A DNA stretch of 64,000 bases, taken from the NCBI GenBank assembly GCA_002709405.1, contig PAQV01000011.1, positions 1,936 to 65,935 of the forward strand, in the 5' to 3' direction. The position numbers and the translations under genes are program-made. Shown one piece after another: positions 27,398 through 37,321 of this stretch. Numbering within the stretch: the first letter of the stretch is position 1; every line of letters begins with the position of its first letter. The notes beneath the pieces are model-generated. The model did not search any database. It worked only from the letters and a program-made list of their open reading frames with translations, and was not told the DNA's origin. The stretch is from Paracoccaceae bacterium. Lineage in GTDB: Bacteria > Pseudomonadota > Alphaproteobacteria > Rhodobacterales > Rhodobacteraceae.

Positions 27398-28198
27398 TCA
27401 ATGGGCCGGAGCGGCCACCGGATCCAGCAACGTGCGCCCGCCATCCAGCGTCAGGATCTGCCCGGTCATGAACCCTGCCGCATCGGATGCCAGGAACTGG
27501 ACGGCCTCGGCCAGCTCCGTTGGCGCGGCAATCCGCGACAGGGGGGTATGATCCTCGATGTCGCGCCGGTATTCCCGGTTGTCCTTCAGCGTCGACATCA
27601 GCGATGCGCTCATCACCGACCCGAAGGCCACGGCATTGACCCGGATCCGGCTGGGTGCCAGGGCCACGGCCAGGGATCGGGTCATCTGGTCAAGCGCCGC
27701 CGAGGCCACCGAATAGGCCATCAGGTCGGGATGCGTCCGCCGCGCCGCGATCGAGGACAGGTTGATGATCGACCCCGCCGCCCCCTCGCTCTCGGGATCC
27801 TTCTGCTTGATCATCCGCTTGGCCACCAGCTGCGACAACCGCAGGGACGGCATCAGGTTCTGGTTCAACAGGGCAATCACGCTGTCATCATCGGGATCCA
27901 GCGGGTCCGACGGCACCACCTGCCGGGCGCCATTCACCAGAATATCGACATCGTCGAAGGCATCGATCGTGGCCGACAGCAGGTTGGCAATGGTCAGCTT
28001 TTCGCGCAGGTCGCCGGCAAAGTAGCGCACGTTCTCGGCGTCTTCGGCCTTGCCCAGCTCTTCTTTAAGGCGCTTTTCATCCATGTCGGCGAACATCACA
28101 TTCGCCCCTTTCTCGACAAACAGCCGCCCGATGGCGAGCCCGATGCCATTGGCGGCGCCGGTCACGATCGCGGTCTTGCCGCTGATGGCGAAGGACAT
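27398..28198 (-). CDS. Short-chain dehydrogenase/reductase family protein (divergent active site)
   Basis: 266 aa with the TGAANGIG Rossmann motif. The expected YxxxK region reads AYSVASAAL, with no Lys at +4. Confidence 0.8.
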   Translation of the reverse strand: MSFAISGKTAIVTGAANGIGLAIGRLFVEKGANVMFADMDEKRLKEELGKAEDAENVRYFAGDLREKLTIANLLSATIDAFDDVDILVNGARQVVPSDPLDPDDDSVIALLNQNLMPSLRLSQLVAKRMIKQKDPESEGAAGSIINLSSIAARRTHPDLMAYSVASAALDQMTRSLAVALAPSRIRVNAVAFGSVMSASLMSTLKDNREYRRDIEDHTPLSRIAAPTELAEAVQFLASDAAGFMTGQILTLDGGRTLLDPVAAPAH

Positions 28199-28240
28199 GA
28201 GGCTCTCTCCCCTTTCAGGTCCGGTTCATAGTAACGAGGT

Positions 28241-29251
28241 TCATCGGCCGCGGCGAGAGGGCCGCTCGGCCCGCAGGATCTTGAACCGCCCATCGCCACC
28301 GATTTCCTCGGTGTGGGCGAAGGCCTGGGCCAAGGTCGCCTCGTAGGGCAACTGCCGGTTGGCCACGACATAAAGCTTGCCCGACCCGCTCAGCATCCTG
28401 GCCGCCGCCTGCACAAAGGCCTGCCCCAACGCCGGATCCGCCGCCCGGCCGGTGTGGAACGGCGGGTTCATCACCACCGCATCGGCCGCCGTGTCGGGCC
28501 GCCAGGTCCGGGCATCGGCCCAGTGAAACGCCGCGCGCGGGTCGGCAATGACGGCCCGGGCACAATCGAGGGCCCGCGCATCGGCTTCGACAAGGTCCAG
28601 GCGCCGCAGCCCGTCATCTTCCAGCAACCGGGCCGACAGATACCCCCAGCCCGCGCCCAGATCGACCACGTGCCGGCCCAGAGACCCGGGCAGATGTCCC
28701 GCCAGCAGGGCCGAGGCCGGATCCACCCCGTCGGCAGAGAACACGCCCGGCCGGGTGCGGAACCCGTCAAGCTCACGCCAGCTGTCCTGCCAGTCGGACC
28801 AATCGTCCCCAGCCGACCGGAACCAGGCGATCTTGCCATGGGCCTTCGACAGCGACCCCGCCAGCTCGACCCGCTTGCGCAGGGCCTTCAGGATGGACTC
28901 GATGCCGTCGGTCTTGGCCCCGTCGACGATGACCGGCCCGTCCGACATGGCTGCCGCCCGCGCCAGAAGCGCATGGGCAAGGTCCTTGGCCCTGGGCAGG
29001 TAGACAATGGTCGCCGCGACCCGCAGATCCTCGGGCGGCTCGGGCACCACCTCGATCCCGCGCCGCTCCAACGCCTCGAAATCCGGGCGGAACGGCTGCA
29101 CCGCCAGCACGCGGCCGGGCTCCAAAGCCGACAGGTCTGCATCACCCGGCGGGTGCAACAGCAGGATGCGGCCCACATCGGGCAGCTCCAGCCCTGCATC
29201 AAGGGCCAGGGTCAGGCGCGCGGACATGTCAGGCCGCGCTTGTCGGGGCAA
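28241..29251 (-). CDS. Class I SAM-dependent methyltransferase (RsmC/RlmG-like N2-guanine rRNA methyltransferase type)
   Basis: 336 aa with VVDLGAGWGYLS (motif I) and VVMNPPFH (the NPPF/Y amino-methyltransferase motif). Confidence 0.75.
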   Translation of the reverse strand: MPRQARPDMSARLTLALDAGLELPDVGRILLLHPPGDADLSALEPGRVLAVQPFRPDFEALERRGIEVVPEPPEDLRVAATIVYLPRAKDLAHALLARAAAMSDGPVIVDGAKTDGIESILKALRKRVELAGSLSKAHGKIAWFRSAGDDWSDWQDSWRELDGFRTRPGVFSADGVDPASALLAGHLPGSLGRHVVDLGAGWGYLSARLLEDDGLRRLDLVEADARALDCARAVIADPRAAFHWADARTWRPDTAADAVVMNPPFHTGRAADPALGQAFVQAAARMLSGSGKLYVVANRQLPYEATLAQAFAHTEEIGGDGRFKILRAERPSRRGR

Positions 29252-29281
29252 AGGGGAAACGCATCAGACAGGCGGGACCGC

Positions 29282-29623
29282 TCAGTCTTCCTTTTCCATC
29301 GTGCATTGCAGGGGATGCTGATGGCGGCGGGCGAAATCCATGACCTGGCCCACCTTGGTTTCGGCAATCTCGTGGCTGAACACGCCGACCACGGCCACGC
29401 CCTTCTTGTGCACGGTCAGCATGACCTCGAACGCCTGGGCGTGATTCATGCCAAAGAACCGCTCCAGCACGTGCACGACGAATTCCATCGGCGTGTAATC
29501 GTCGTTCAACAGCAATACCTTGTACAGCGGCGGGCGCTTGGTCTTGGGGCGCGTTTCGACAAGGATCGAGGCATCGGACCCGTCATCTTTCTTGTCCGAC
29601 ATCATCAATGGGGAAGTAAGCAT
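29282..29623 (-). CDS. clpS: ATP-dependent Clp protease adaptor ClpS
   Basis: 113 aa (or start at MSDKK, 29602). Contains [32 protein letters not shown]. The rest of the 353-aa track ORF is an extension artefact. Confidence 0.9.
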   Translation of the reverse strand: MLTSPLMMSDKKDDGSDASILVETRPKTKRPPLYKVLLLNDDYTPMEFVVHVLERFFGMNHAQAFEVMLTVHKKGVAVVGVFSHEIAETKVGQVMDFARRHQHPLQCTMEKED

Positions 29624-29707
29624 GGGCAATTTACCCGGATCCGGTTTCGCAGGGCTGATGGACGTTATATAACCGATACGCCCGAATGGAAAACAGAAAG
29701 CTAATGG

Positions 29708-30409
29708 ATGGGTAACAACGTCACCACCATCGGTTTCGATGCCGACGACACGTTGTGGCACAACGAACGGTTCTTCCGCCTGACCCAGGAGAGGTTCACC
29801 GACCTGCTGGGCGATCACGCCGAACCCGACCACCTGGCCGAACGGCTGCTGGACGCGGAACGGCGCAACATCGGGCATTATGGCTATGGTATCAAGGGCT
29901 TCACCCTGTCGATGATCGAAACCGCCATCGAGATCACCGACCAGCGCGTGCCCGCATCCGTCATCGCGGAAATCATGGATGCCGGGCGCGAGATGCTGGC
30001 CCATCCGATCGAACTGCTGCCTCATGCCCGCGCCGCCGTCGAATCCGCCGCCGAAACCCATCGCGTTGTGTTGATCACCAAGGGCGACCTGCTGGACCAG
30101 GAACGCAAGCTGGCCCAGTCGGGCCTGGGCGACCTGTTCGACGCGGTCGAGATCGTTTCGGAAAAGACGCCCGACATCTACCGCCGCATCTTCGACCGCC
30201 ACGGAGAAGGGCCCGACCGCGCCATGATGATCGGCAATTCCATGCGCTCGGACGTGGTGCCCAGCATCGAGGCCGGCGGCTGGGGCGTCTACGTGCCTCA
30301 TGGCCTGGTCTGGGAAATCGAACGGGCCGAACCGCCCGTCCATTCCCCCCGCTTCCGCGAAATCGACGACCTGGCCGGGCTGCCCCGGATCATCTCTGAA
30401 ATCGGCTGA
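29708..30409 (+). CDS. HAD-superfamily hydrolase
   Basis: 233 aa with motif [11 protein letters not shown], and later LITKGD and IGNSMRSDV. Confidence 0.8.
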   Translation: MGNNVTTIGFDADDTLWHNERFFRLTQERFTDLLGDHAEPDHLAERLLDAERRNIGHYGYGIKGFTLSMIETAIEITDQRVPASVIAEIMDAGREMLAHPIELLPHARAAVESAAETHRVVLITKGDLLDQERKLAQSGLGDLFDAVEIVSEKTPDIYRRIFDRHGEGPDRAMMIGNSMRSDVVPSIEAGGWGVYVPHGLVWEIERAEPPVHSPRFREIDDLAGLPRIISEIG

Positions 30410-30486
30410 CCCACTCCTCCGCGCGTCTTGCCCGGTAACGTCCCTGCGGTTAGCGTTGCATCACGCACCTGTGACCGGATCCGCCG

Positions 30487-31788
30487 ATGACCCTTCCGAC
30501 ACGCCTGTTATGGAGCCTGCTCTGCGCGGCCCTGGTCATCGGAGGCGTCACCTGGGCCATCCTGCAATTGCGCCCGCCGATGGAAATCGTGCTGGCCGCG
30601 GGGCCCGAGGACGGGGCCTATCACCGGATGGCTGTCAGGTACCGCGCCATCCTCGCCCGCGACGGCATCGCCGTGCGCATCCTCGACACCGCCGGATCGG
30701 GTGAAAATGCCCAGCTGCTGGCCGACGGCACCGCCGATGTCGCCCTGTTGCAAGGCGGCATCGAGGTCCCCAGCGACGCGGTCGAGGCCGTGGGCACGAT
30801 CTTTTACGAACCGCTCATCCTGCTTTACGAAACCAACACGCCGGTCAGTCCGAACCCCACCACCTGGTCGGGCCTGACGATCAACTCGGGCGCCGAAGGC
30901 TCGGGCACGCGCGCGGCCTTCAGCGAATTCGAACGCTCCGTAGGCCTGTCCTTTGACGACAACACCCATACCGGCCTGGGATACGGCGACGCGGTCGAGG
31001 CCCTGCTGGCCAACGACATCGACCTGGCCGTCTTTGTCGCCCCCATCGACGCCCCCTACCTGCGCGACGCCTATGAAAACGGCAATATCGGCGTCCTGCA
31101 GCTGGACTTCATCGAGGCGATCTCGCGCCGGATGGACAGCGCCACCCTGGTCCAGGTCCCCGCGGGCACCGTCAGCCTGGACCCGCCAATCCCCCCGGGC
31201 CCGCGTCAGCTGCTCGCGCTCGAAGCGCGGCTGGCCATCCGCAGCCACCTGCACCCCGCCCTGGTCAACCGGCTGGCCATGGCCGCCCTGGAAATCCACT
31301 CGGGCCGCAACCCCCTGCATGACGAGGGCGATTTCCCGTCGGTCAACATCACCGACATGCCCCTGAACAATGCCGCCCGCCAGCTGATCATGAACGGCCC
31401 CACCGCCTGGCATGACTGGCTGCCCTACTGGATGGCCGCCCAGCTGAACCGGGTGCTGATCCTGCTGCTGCCCCTGTTCTTCGTGGTGCTGCCCATGCTG
31501 CGCGCCCTGCCCGGCCTTTACGCCTATGCCCAGAACTACCGGGTGTGGCAGCACTACCCGCTGATGCGCGATATCGAGGACGAGCTCGAATCAGGCAGCT
31601 CGCCCGAGGCGCTGGACCACATGCAATCGCGCCTGCACGCTCTGGATGAACACCTGGCCCATCTGAAACTGCCCGCCGCTTACAGGCAGACCGCGTTTCA
31701 GGCCCGTGTTCACGTGGACCTGCTGCAAAGACGCATCATATCGGAACGGGAACACATGGGCGCCACTATGCCGCAAGAGGAAGTCTAG
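30487..31788 (+). CDS. TAXI-family TRAP-type solute-binding protein homolog with N- and C-terminal TM segments
   Basis: 433 aa. Contains GSGENAQLLADGTADVALLQGG, typical of TAXI receptors. A C-terminal hydrophobic stretch (VLILLLPLFFVVLPML) is followed by a helical tail. No TRAP permease gene is adjacent. Confidence 0.65.
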   Translation: MTLPTRLLWSLLCAALVIGGVTWAILQLRPPMEIVLAAGPEDGAYHRMAVRYRAILARDGIAVRILDTAGSGENAQLLADGTADVALLQGGIEVPSDAVEAVGTIFYEPLILLYETNTPVSPNPTTWSGLTINSGAEGSGTRAAFSEFERSVGLSFDDNTHTGLGYGDAVEALLANDIDLAVFVAPIDAPYLRDAYENGNIGVLQLDFIEAISRRMDSATLVQVPAGTVSLDPPIPPGPRQLLALEARLAIRSHLHPALVNRLAMAALEIHSGRNPLHDEGDFPSVNITDMPLNNAARQLIMNGPTAWHDWLPYWMAAQLNRVLILLLPLFFVVLPMLRALPGLYAYAQNYRVWQHYPLMRDIEDELESGSSPEALDHMQSRLHALDEHLAHLKLPAAYRQTAFQARVHVDLLQRRIISEREHMGATMPQEEV

Positions 31789-31952
31789 CGGACGAAGGCC
31801 AGCCTGCCCCAACATGTTGATCTGGCCTGTCAAGGGCGTGATCGAATGGGCAACGTCCATGGTTTATTTCGCATTTACCCTGTGTTACGGTTTTTCCAAT
31901 AAACCAACAGGCGCAAAAAAATTGCGCCACGAGGCAGACAGAGGCAAAAATC

Positions 31953-33281
31953 GTGCAGGTTCGGCTATATTCGCCGGCCCGTCTGGGGTTCATGCTATTG
32001 ATCGCGGTGACGTTGCTCGCCGCGCTTCCCGCACTCGCAGCTCCTTACGCGGCCATGGTTATCGACGCACGCACCGGAAAGGTGCTGCATTCCCGCAACG
32101 CGGACGCCCGGCTTCACCCGGCATCCCTAACCAAGATGATGACGCTGTATATCGCCTTCCAGGCGGTTGAAAACGGCGAGATCAGCCTGGATGACAAGGT
32201 CCGCATTTCCTCCAACGCAGCGGCGGAGCCGCCCTCGAAGCTGGGGCTTCGGACCGGTCAGACCATCGCCTTCCGCTACCTGATCCGCGCAGCGGCGGTA
32301 AAATCCGCCAACGACGCGGCCACCGCCATCGGCGAGGCCATTTCCGGCAACGAGGCCGCCTTCGCCCGGCGCATGACCGCCACGGCCAAGCAGCTGGGCA
32401 TGACCCGGACCACCTTCAAGAACGCCCACGGCCTGACGACCGACGGCCACCTGTCGACCGCCCGAGACATGACCACGCTGGGCCGGCACCTGCTGTACGA
32501 TTACCCCGAGTACTACAACCTGTTCTCGCGCCGCTCGACAAATGCCGGGATCAAGGAAGTGCCCAACACCAACCGGCGCCTGCTGGATGCCTACAAGGGC
32601 GCCGACGGCATCAAGACGGGCTACACCCGCGCTGCCGGTTTCAACCTGGTGGCGTCCGCGGAACGCGGGCAAGAGCGCATCATCGCCACCGTCTTCGGCG
32701 GCACCTCGACGGCGGCGCGCAATGCCAAGGTGGCAGAGCTGCTGGACATGGGCTTCAGCCGGGCACCCTCGCGGGCCAAGATCGCCCGCACCACGAAACC
32801 CGCCTACGGGGGCAATGCCATCGCCGGGGCCGGCACCGTGCGCGTGTCCGGCGTGGTCGCGCGCAGCCTGCGCCCGACGGCCCGCCCGCTGCCCGCGGTT
32901 GTCGCCGTGGCCGATGCGTCTCTGCAGGACCAGATCGATTCGCTGGTCGCCGAAACCGCCACCACGGCGGCCAAGACCCCGATCGCCCGCCCGCCCGAGC
33001 CGACCGCAGATCAAGAGGTCGTCACCCGGCTCTCCACCAAGGGCGATGCCCATTGGGGCATCAACGTTGGCCGCTACACCAGCCGCTACCAGGCCGAAAA
33101 GGTGCTGCTGACAACGGCCCTGTCGGAAATGGCCACGCTGGACGGGGTGGAACGGCAGGGGCAGAAAACCTCGCGCGGCTATGACGCGACCTTCCAGGGC
33201 ATGACCCGCGACATGGCCGACTTGGCCTGCCGCCGCCTGCAGGCCCGCAACGTCACGTGCTTCATGATGGGTCCTTCCTAA
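31953..33281 (+). CDS. D-alanyl-D-alanine carboxypeptidase (S11 PBP5/6 type) with a C-terminal SPOR-like domain
   Basis: Motifs SxxK (ASLTKMM), SxN (KSANDA) and KTG (IKTGYT), plus a signal peptide. The tail ..HWGINVGRYTSRYQAEKVL..CRRL is SPOR-like. GTG at 31953 or ATG at 31992. Confidence 0.85.
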   Translation: MQVRLYSPARLGFMLLIAVTLLAALPALAAPYAAMVIDARTGKVLHSRNADARLHPASLTKMMTLYIAFQAVENGEISLDDKVRISSNAAAEPPSKLGLRTGQTIAFRYLIRAAAVKSANDAATAIGEAISGNEAAFARRMTATAKQLGMTRTTFKNAHGLTTDGHLSTARDMTTLGRHLLYDYPEYYNLFSRRSTNAGIKEVPNTNRRLLDAYKGADGIKTGYTRAAGFNLVASAERGQERIIATVFGGTSTAARNAKVAELLDMGFSRAPSRAKIARTTKPAYGGNAIAGAGTVRVSGVVARSLRPTARPLPAVVAVADASLQDQIDSLVAETATTAAKTPIARPPEPTADQEVVTRLSTKGDAHWGINVGRYTSRYQAEKVLLTTALSEMATLDGVERQGQKTSRGYDATFQGMTRDMADLACRRLQARNVTCFMMGPS

Positions 33282-33315
33282 GGACCCATCCTACGCCCTC
33301 GGGCGGGCGTCATGC

Positions 33316-34194
33316 CTACTCGGTCCGGGCCGCCTCTGCCCGGATCCAGCGCACGAAGGCCCTGAGCGGCGGGCGCATCAGGCCAGGACGGGTCACCAGG
33401 TAATAGCCCTTGTGCTCGTCCTCCTCGAACAACAGCCGCAACCGCCCCGCCTGCACATCCTCTGCCACGGCGATGGCCGCCGCGATGGCCACCCCCTGCC
33501 CCTGCCGGGCCGCCTCCAGCAACATGGTCCCCGGCAGCGAGGTCACCCCCCGCGCAAACAGCCCGTCTCCACCGACCTGTTTCATCCAGGCCGATGCCTC
33601 GTTGGTGCCCAGTTCCTGCAGCCAGGGAAAGGCGCTCAGCTCCGACGGCTCGGCGATCTCCGCCTCCCCCACCAGCTCCGGAGACGCCACGATCGCCACC
33701 GGAGACGCCACCAACAGCTCGGCCTCCACCCCCGGCCAGCGCCCGTCCCCATGGCGCAAGGCCGCGTCGATCCCCCCCGGCTCCAGCGGCATCAGAGCCG
33801 CAGAGGGGTCGATCATCATGTGAATGTCGGGATGCGCCTGGCGGAACCGGGGCAGCCGGGGCAGCAGCCAGACGGCGGCAAAGCTCGGCGTCGCCGTCAC
33901 CTGCAACGGCCGGTCGTCCTCGCGCCCGGTCACCGCCGCCACCCCCCGCCCGATCGCCTCGAACCCCTCGCCTAAGGCAAGCGCCAGCTCTGCCCCATCA
34001 GGCGTCAGGGCCATCTGTCGCCCCGACCGGTCCAGCAAGGCCACCCCCAAATGCTCCTCAAGCCGCCGCAATTGCTGGGAAATCGCCGCGTGGCTGACGT
34101 TCAACAAGGCCCCGGCCTCCTCGACCGACCGGGTCTCGGCATAGGCCGCAAAGGCGCGCAACGCCGAGAACGGGGGAAGATCGCGCCAGTTCAC
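33316..34194 (-). CDS. LysR-family transcriptional regulator
   Basis: 292 aa. N-terminal HTH LRAFAAYAETRSVEEAGALLNVSHAAISQQLRRLEEHLGVALLDR, followed by a substrate-binding domain. Confidence 0.9.
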   Translation of the reverse strand: MNWRDLPPFSALRAFAAYAETRSVEEAGALLNVSHAAISQQLRRLEEHLGVALLDRSGRQMALTPDGAELALALGEGFEAIGRGVAAVTGREDDRPLQVTATPSFAAVWLLPRLPRFRQAHPDIHMMIDPSAALMPLEPGGIDAALRHGDGRWPGVEAELLVASPVAIVASPELVGEAEIAEPSELSAFPWLQELGTNEASAWMKQVGGDGLFARGVTSLPGTMLLEAARQGQGVAIAAAIAVAEDVQAGRLRLLFEEDEHKGYYLVTRPGLMRPPLRAFVRWIRAEAARTE

Positions 34195-34292
34195 GTGTAA
34201 CCTCGGCTTAACTATCCAGAAATTTCCTGAGTCGCAGAATGTCCCCGGACGCCTTAATTCACAAGCTATCAGACACAGGAAAGGACAGACCC

Positions 34293-34445
34293 ATGTTCAA
34301 CGTACTTGCACGAAGCTTCCACACGGCCACCCGCCTCGACCCGCCACGCCTGAACGAACGGCCGCCGCAGGAACCGAAACGCTGGAACGCCCCGCGCCAC
34401 TGGCTGAAACCGGCCGCGACCACAAAGACCCCGCCCCGCGCGTGA
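34293..34445 (+). CDS. Possible 50-aa basic/proline-rich small protein divergent from the LysR gene
   Basis: ATG preceded by AGGAAAGGA at suitable spacing (MFNVLARSFHTATRLDPPRLNERPPQEPKRWNAPRHWLKP..). No family recognised and the composition is weakly protein-like. Confidence 0.3.
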   Translation: MFNVLARSFHTATRLDPPRLNERPPQEPKRWNAPRHWLKPAATTKTPPRA

Positions 34446-34605
34446 CCCGCGCCCGAAACGTTTCCCCGAACCAACCGGCCGGGGCGCGCACCCGCCGCGC
34501 CCCGCCCACGCCCGGGACAGTACACCGTCCCCTGACTTCATCTTTGCAAAAATACGCCCGCCGGAGGCTCCCGCAGCCGGCCACGGGCACCACCGTCCGC
34601 CGGGC

Positions 34606-36186
34606 TCAGACCGCCGCCGCCAGAAGCTCTTGCGTGTAGGGATGGCTCGGCCGCTCGAACAACGCCTCTGCCGCACCGCTTTCCACGATGTCCCCCTGCT
34701 TCATCACCAGGATCCGGTGACTCATCGCCCGCACCACCTTCAGGTCATGCGAAATGAACAGGTAGGCCAGCCCGTATTTCCGCTGCAGATCCCGCAGCAA
34801 GTCGACGATCTGCACCTGCACCGTCATGTCCAGCGCCGAGGTCGGCTCGTCCAGCACCAGCAGTTTCGGCCGCAGCACCATCGCCCGCGCAATCGCGATC
34901 CGCTGGCGTTGACCGCCGGAAAACTCGTGCGGATAGCGGTCCATCGCCGCCGGATCCAGGCCCGTTTCCACCATCGCCTCGGCCACCAGCTCGCGCCGTG
35001 ACCGGTGGGCATCGACCTTGTGGATGGTCAACCCCTCCGAGATGATCTCGGCGCAGGTCATCCGCGGGCTGAGCGAGCCGAACGGGTCCTGGAACACGAT
35101 CTGCATGTCCTTGCGCAGCCGCCGCATGTCCCGCCCCGAGGCCGACCGCAGATCGCGTCCCATGAAGACCACCGGCCCCTCGGACGCAATCAGCCGCATG
35201 ATGGCCAGGGCCAGCGTGGTCTTGCCGGACCCGCTTTCGCCCACGATGCCCAGCGTCTCGCCCGCGCGCACGTCGACCGAGGCATCGTTGACCGCCTTCA
35301 CATGCCCCACCGTCTTGCGCAGGAAGCCGCGCTGGATGGGAAACCAGACCTTCAGGTGTTCGGTCCGGACGATCTCGGGCGCATCGGCCGCCACCGGGTC
35401 CGGGGCACCGGTGGGTTCGGCACCCAGCAGTTTCCGCGTGTAGGGATGCTGGGGGTTGGCAAAGATCTCGGCCGCGGGGCCGGTCTCGACGATCTCGCCG
35501 CCCTTCATCACGCAGACCGTGTCGGCAAACCGCCGCACGATGCCGAGGTCATGGGTGATGAACAGCAGCCCCATGCCCTCGCTTTCCTTCAGCGCCGCCA
35601 GCAGTTCCAGGATCTGCGCCTGGATCGTCACGTCCAGCGCCGTTGTCGGTTCGTCCGCGATCAGGATGTCGGGCTTGTTGGCCAGTGCCATGGCAATCAT
35701 CACCCGCTGCCGCTGTCCGCCTGACAACTGGTGCGGGTAGGCGTCCAGCCGGGTTTCAGGATCGCGGATGCCCACCTTGGTCATCAGGTCGATGATCCGC
35801 GCGTCCGCCGCCTTGCCGGTGATCCCCTGGTGCAGCGACAGGATCTCGCCCAGCTGCTTGCGCAGGGTGTGCAACGGGTTGAGCGAGGTCATCGGCTCCT
35901 GGAAGATAAAGCTGATCCGGTTGCCGCGCACCTTGGCCAGCGTGTCGAACCCCGCCCCGATCATCTCGGTCCCGTCGTACCTGGCCGACCCGGCGACCAC
36001 CGCGTTGTCGCCCAGCAGCGACACCGTCGACAGGGCCGACACCGACTTGCCCGACCCGCTTTCCCCGACCAGGGCCACCGTTTCGCCGCGCGACACGGAA
36101 AACGACACGCCCTTGACCGCCGGCACCTCGCGCCCGTCCTGGCGGAACGCCACGGTGAGGTCTTTCACCTCGAGCAATGCAGTCAT
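34606..36186 (-). CDS. yejF: ABC transporter ATP-binding protein with duplicated ATPase domains (YejF type)
   Basis: 526 aa. Two Walker A motifs ([16 protein letters not shown]) and two LSGGQRQR signatures. Last gene of a yejABEF-like operon. Confidence 0.9.
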   Translation of the reverse strand: MTALLEVKDLTVAFRQDGREVPAVKGVSFSVSRGETVALVGESGSGKSVSALSTVSLLGDNAVVAGSARYDGTEMIGAGFDTLAKVRGNRISFIFQEPMTSLNPLHTLRKQLGEILSLHQGITGKAADARIIDLMTKVGIRDPETRLDAYPHQLSGGQRQRVMIAMALANKPDILIADEPTTALDVTIQAQILELLAALKESEGMGLLFITHDLGIVRRFADTVCVMKGGEIVETGPAAEIFANPQHPYTRKLLGAEPTGAPDPVAADAPEIVRTEHLKVWFPIQRGFLRKTVGHVKAVNDASVDVRAGETLGIVGESGSGKTTLALAIMRLIASEGPVVFMGRDLRSASGRDMRRLRKDMQIVFQDPFGSLSPRMTCAEIISEGLTIHKVDAHRSRRELVAEAMVETGLDPAAMDRYPHEFSGGQRQRIAIARAMVLRPKLLVLDEPTSALDMTVQVQIVDLLRDLQRKYGLAYLFISHDLKVVRAMSHRILVMKQGDIVESGAAEALFERPSHPYTQELLAAAV

Positions 36187-37316
36187 GAGAAGGTCTTTCG
36201 CGGGTCGAAGGCATCACGCACGCCCTCGAAGATGAAGACAAGCAGCGACAGCATGATGGCAAAGGTGAAGAAGGCGGTGAAGGCCAGCCAGGGGGCCTGC
36301 AGGTTGTTCTTGGCCTGCAATGTCAGCTCGCCCAGCGACGGGGCCGAGGACGGCAGGCCGAACCCCAGGAAATCCAGCGAGGCCAGCGACCCGATGGTGC
36401 CCGTGATGATGAAGGGCAGCATGGTCACGGTGGCCACCATGGCGTTGGGCAGCATGTGGCGGAACATGATCGTCCGGTTGCTGACCCCCAGGGCCCGCGC
36501 CGCCCGGACATATTCGAAGTTCCGCGCGCGCAGGAATTCCGCCCGCACGACGCCCACCAGAGAGGTCCAGGAAAACGCCACCAGCAGGAAGACCAGCAGC
36601 CAGAAACTTCGGCCCAGGATCGCGAACATGATGATGATGATGTAAAGCGACGGCGTCGCCGACCAGATCTCGATCACGCGCTGAAAGATCAGGTCCAGCC
36701 AGCCCCCGAAAAAGCCCTGCACCGCCCCCGCCGCGACCCCGATGATGGACGCAAGGCCGGTCACGATGATGGTGAACAGGATCGACAGCCTGAAGCCATA
36801 GATCACCCGGGCCAGCACGTCGCGCTTGGTGTCGTCGGTGCCCAGCAGGTTGTTGCCCCCCGGCGGCAGCGGCGCCGCCCCGGGCCGTTCGACCGATGTG
36901 TCGTAGGAATAGGGAATGATCGGCCAGAGCGTCCAGCCCTTCACGATCTCTTCGCCGTCCACCACGCCGGTCTTTGCCTGTTCCATGATGCCCTCGGGGT
37001 CGTCGAAACAGCTGTCCAGCCCGCCCGACACGATCAGGCATTCGACCTCGGGGTCGCGGTAGATGGCCTCTGTCTGGAAGTCTCCGCCAAAGGCCGTTTC
37101 GGGATAGAAGTTGAAGATCGGCGTGTAGAAATCGCCCCGGTAGTTCACCAGGATCGGCCGGTCATTGGCGATGAACTCGGCGAACAGCGACAGGCCGAAC
37201 AGGACCGAAAAGACGATCAGCGACAGGTAGGCCCGCCGGTTGCGCTTGAAGTTGCGCCAGCGGCGCTGGTTCAGCGGCGACAGGAACGGCCGGCGCTTGG
37301 GTTTCACATCGTCCAT
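36183..37316 (-). CDS. yejE: ABC transporter permease (YejE type)
   Basis: 377 aa polytopic permease of the BPD/OppC-like family. 4-nt overlap with yejF. Confidence 0.85.
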   Translation of the reverse strand: MDDVKPKRRPFLSPLNQRRWRNFKRNRRAYLSLIVFSVLFGLSLFAEFIANDRPILVNYRGDFYTPIFNFYPETAFGGDFQTEAIYRDPEVECLIVSGGLDSCFDDPEGIMEQAKTGVVDGEEIVKGWTLWPIIPYSYDTSVERPGAAPLPPGGNNLLGTDDTKRDVLARVIYGFRLSILFTIIVTGLASIIGVAAGAVQGFFGGWLDLIFQRVIEIWSATPSLYIIIIMFAILGRSFWLLVFLLVAFSWTSLVGVVRAEFLRARNFEYVRAARALGVSNRTIMFRHMLPNAMVATVTMLPFIITGTIGSLASLDFLGFGLPSSAPSLGELTLQAKNNLQAPWLAFTAFFTFAIMLSLLVFIFEGVRDAFDPRKTFS

Positions 37317-37321
37317 GGCCC

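Noticed and set aside
31910-31928. Hairpin GGCGCAA-AAAAA-TTGCGCC as the terminator of the TAXI-like gene
   Set aside because: It lies about 120 nt past the stop, has a short 7-bp stem and no following T-tract. It could equally belong to the promoter region of the carboxypeptidase gene. Too weak to annotate.
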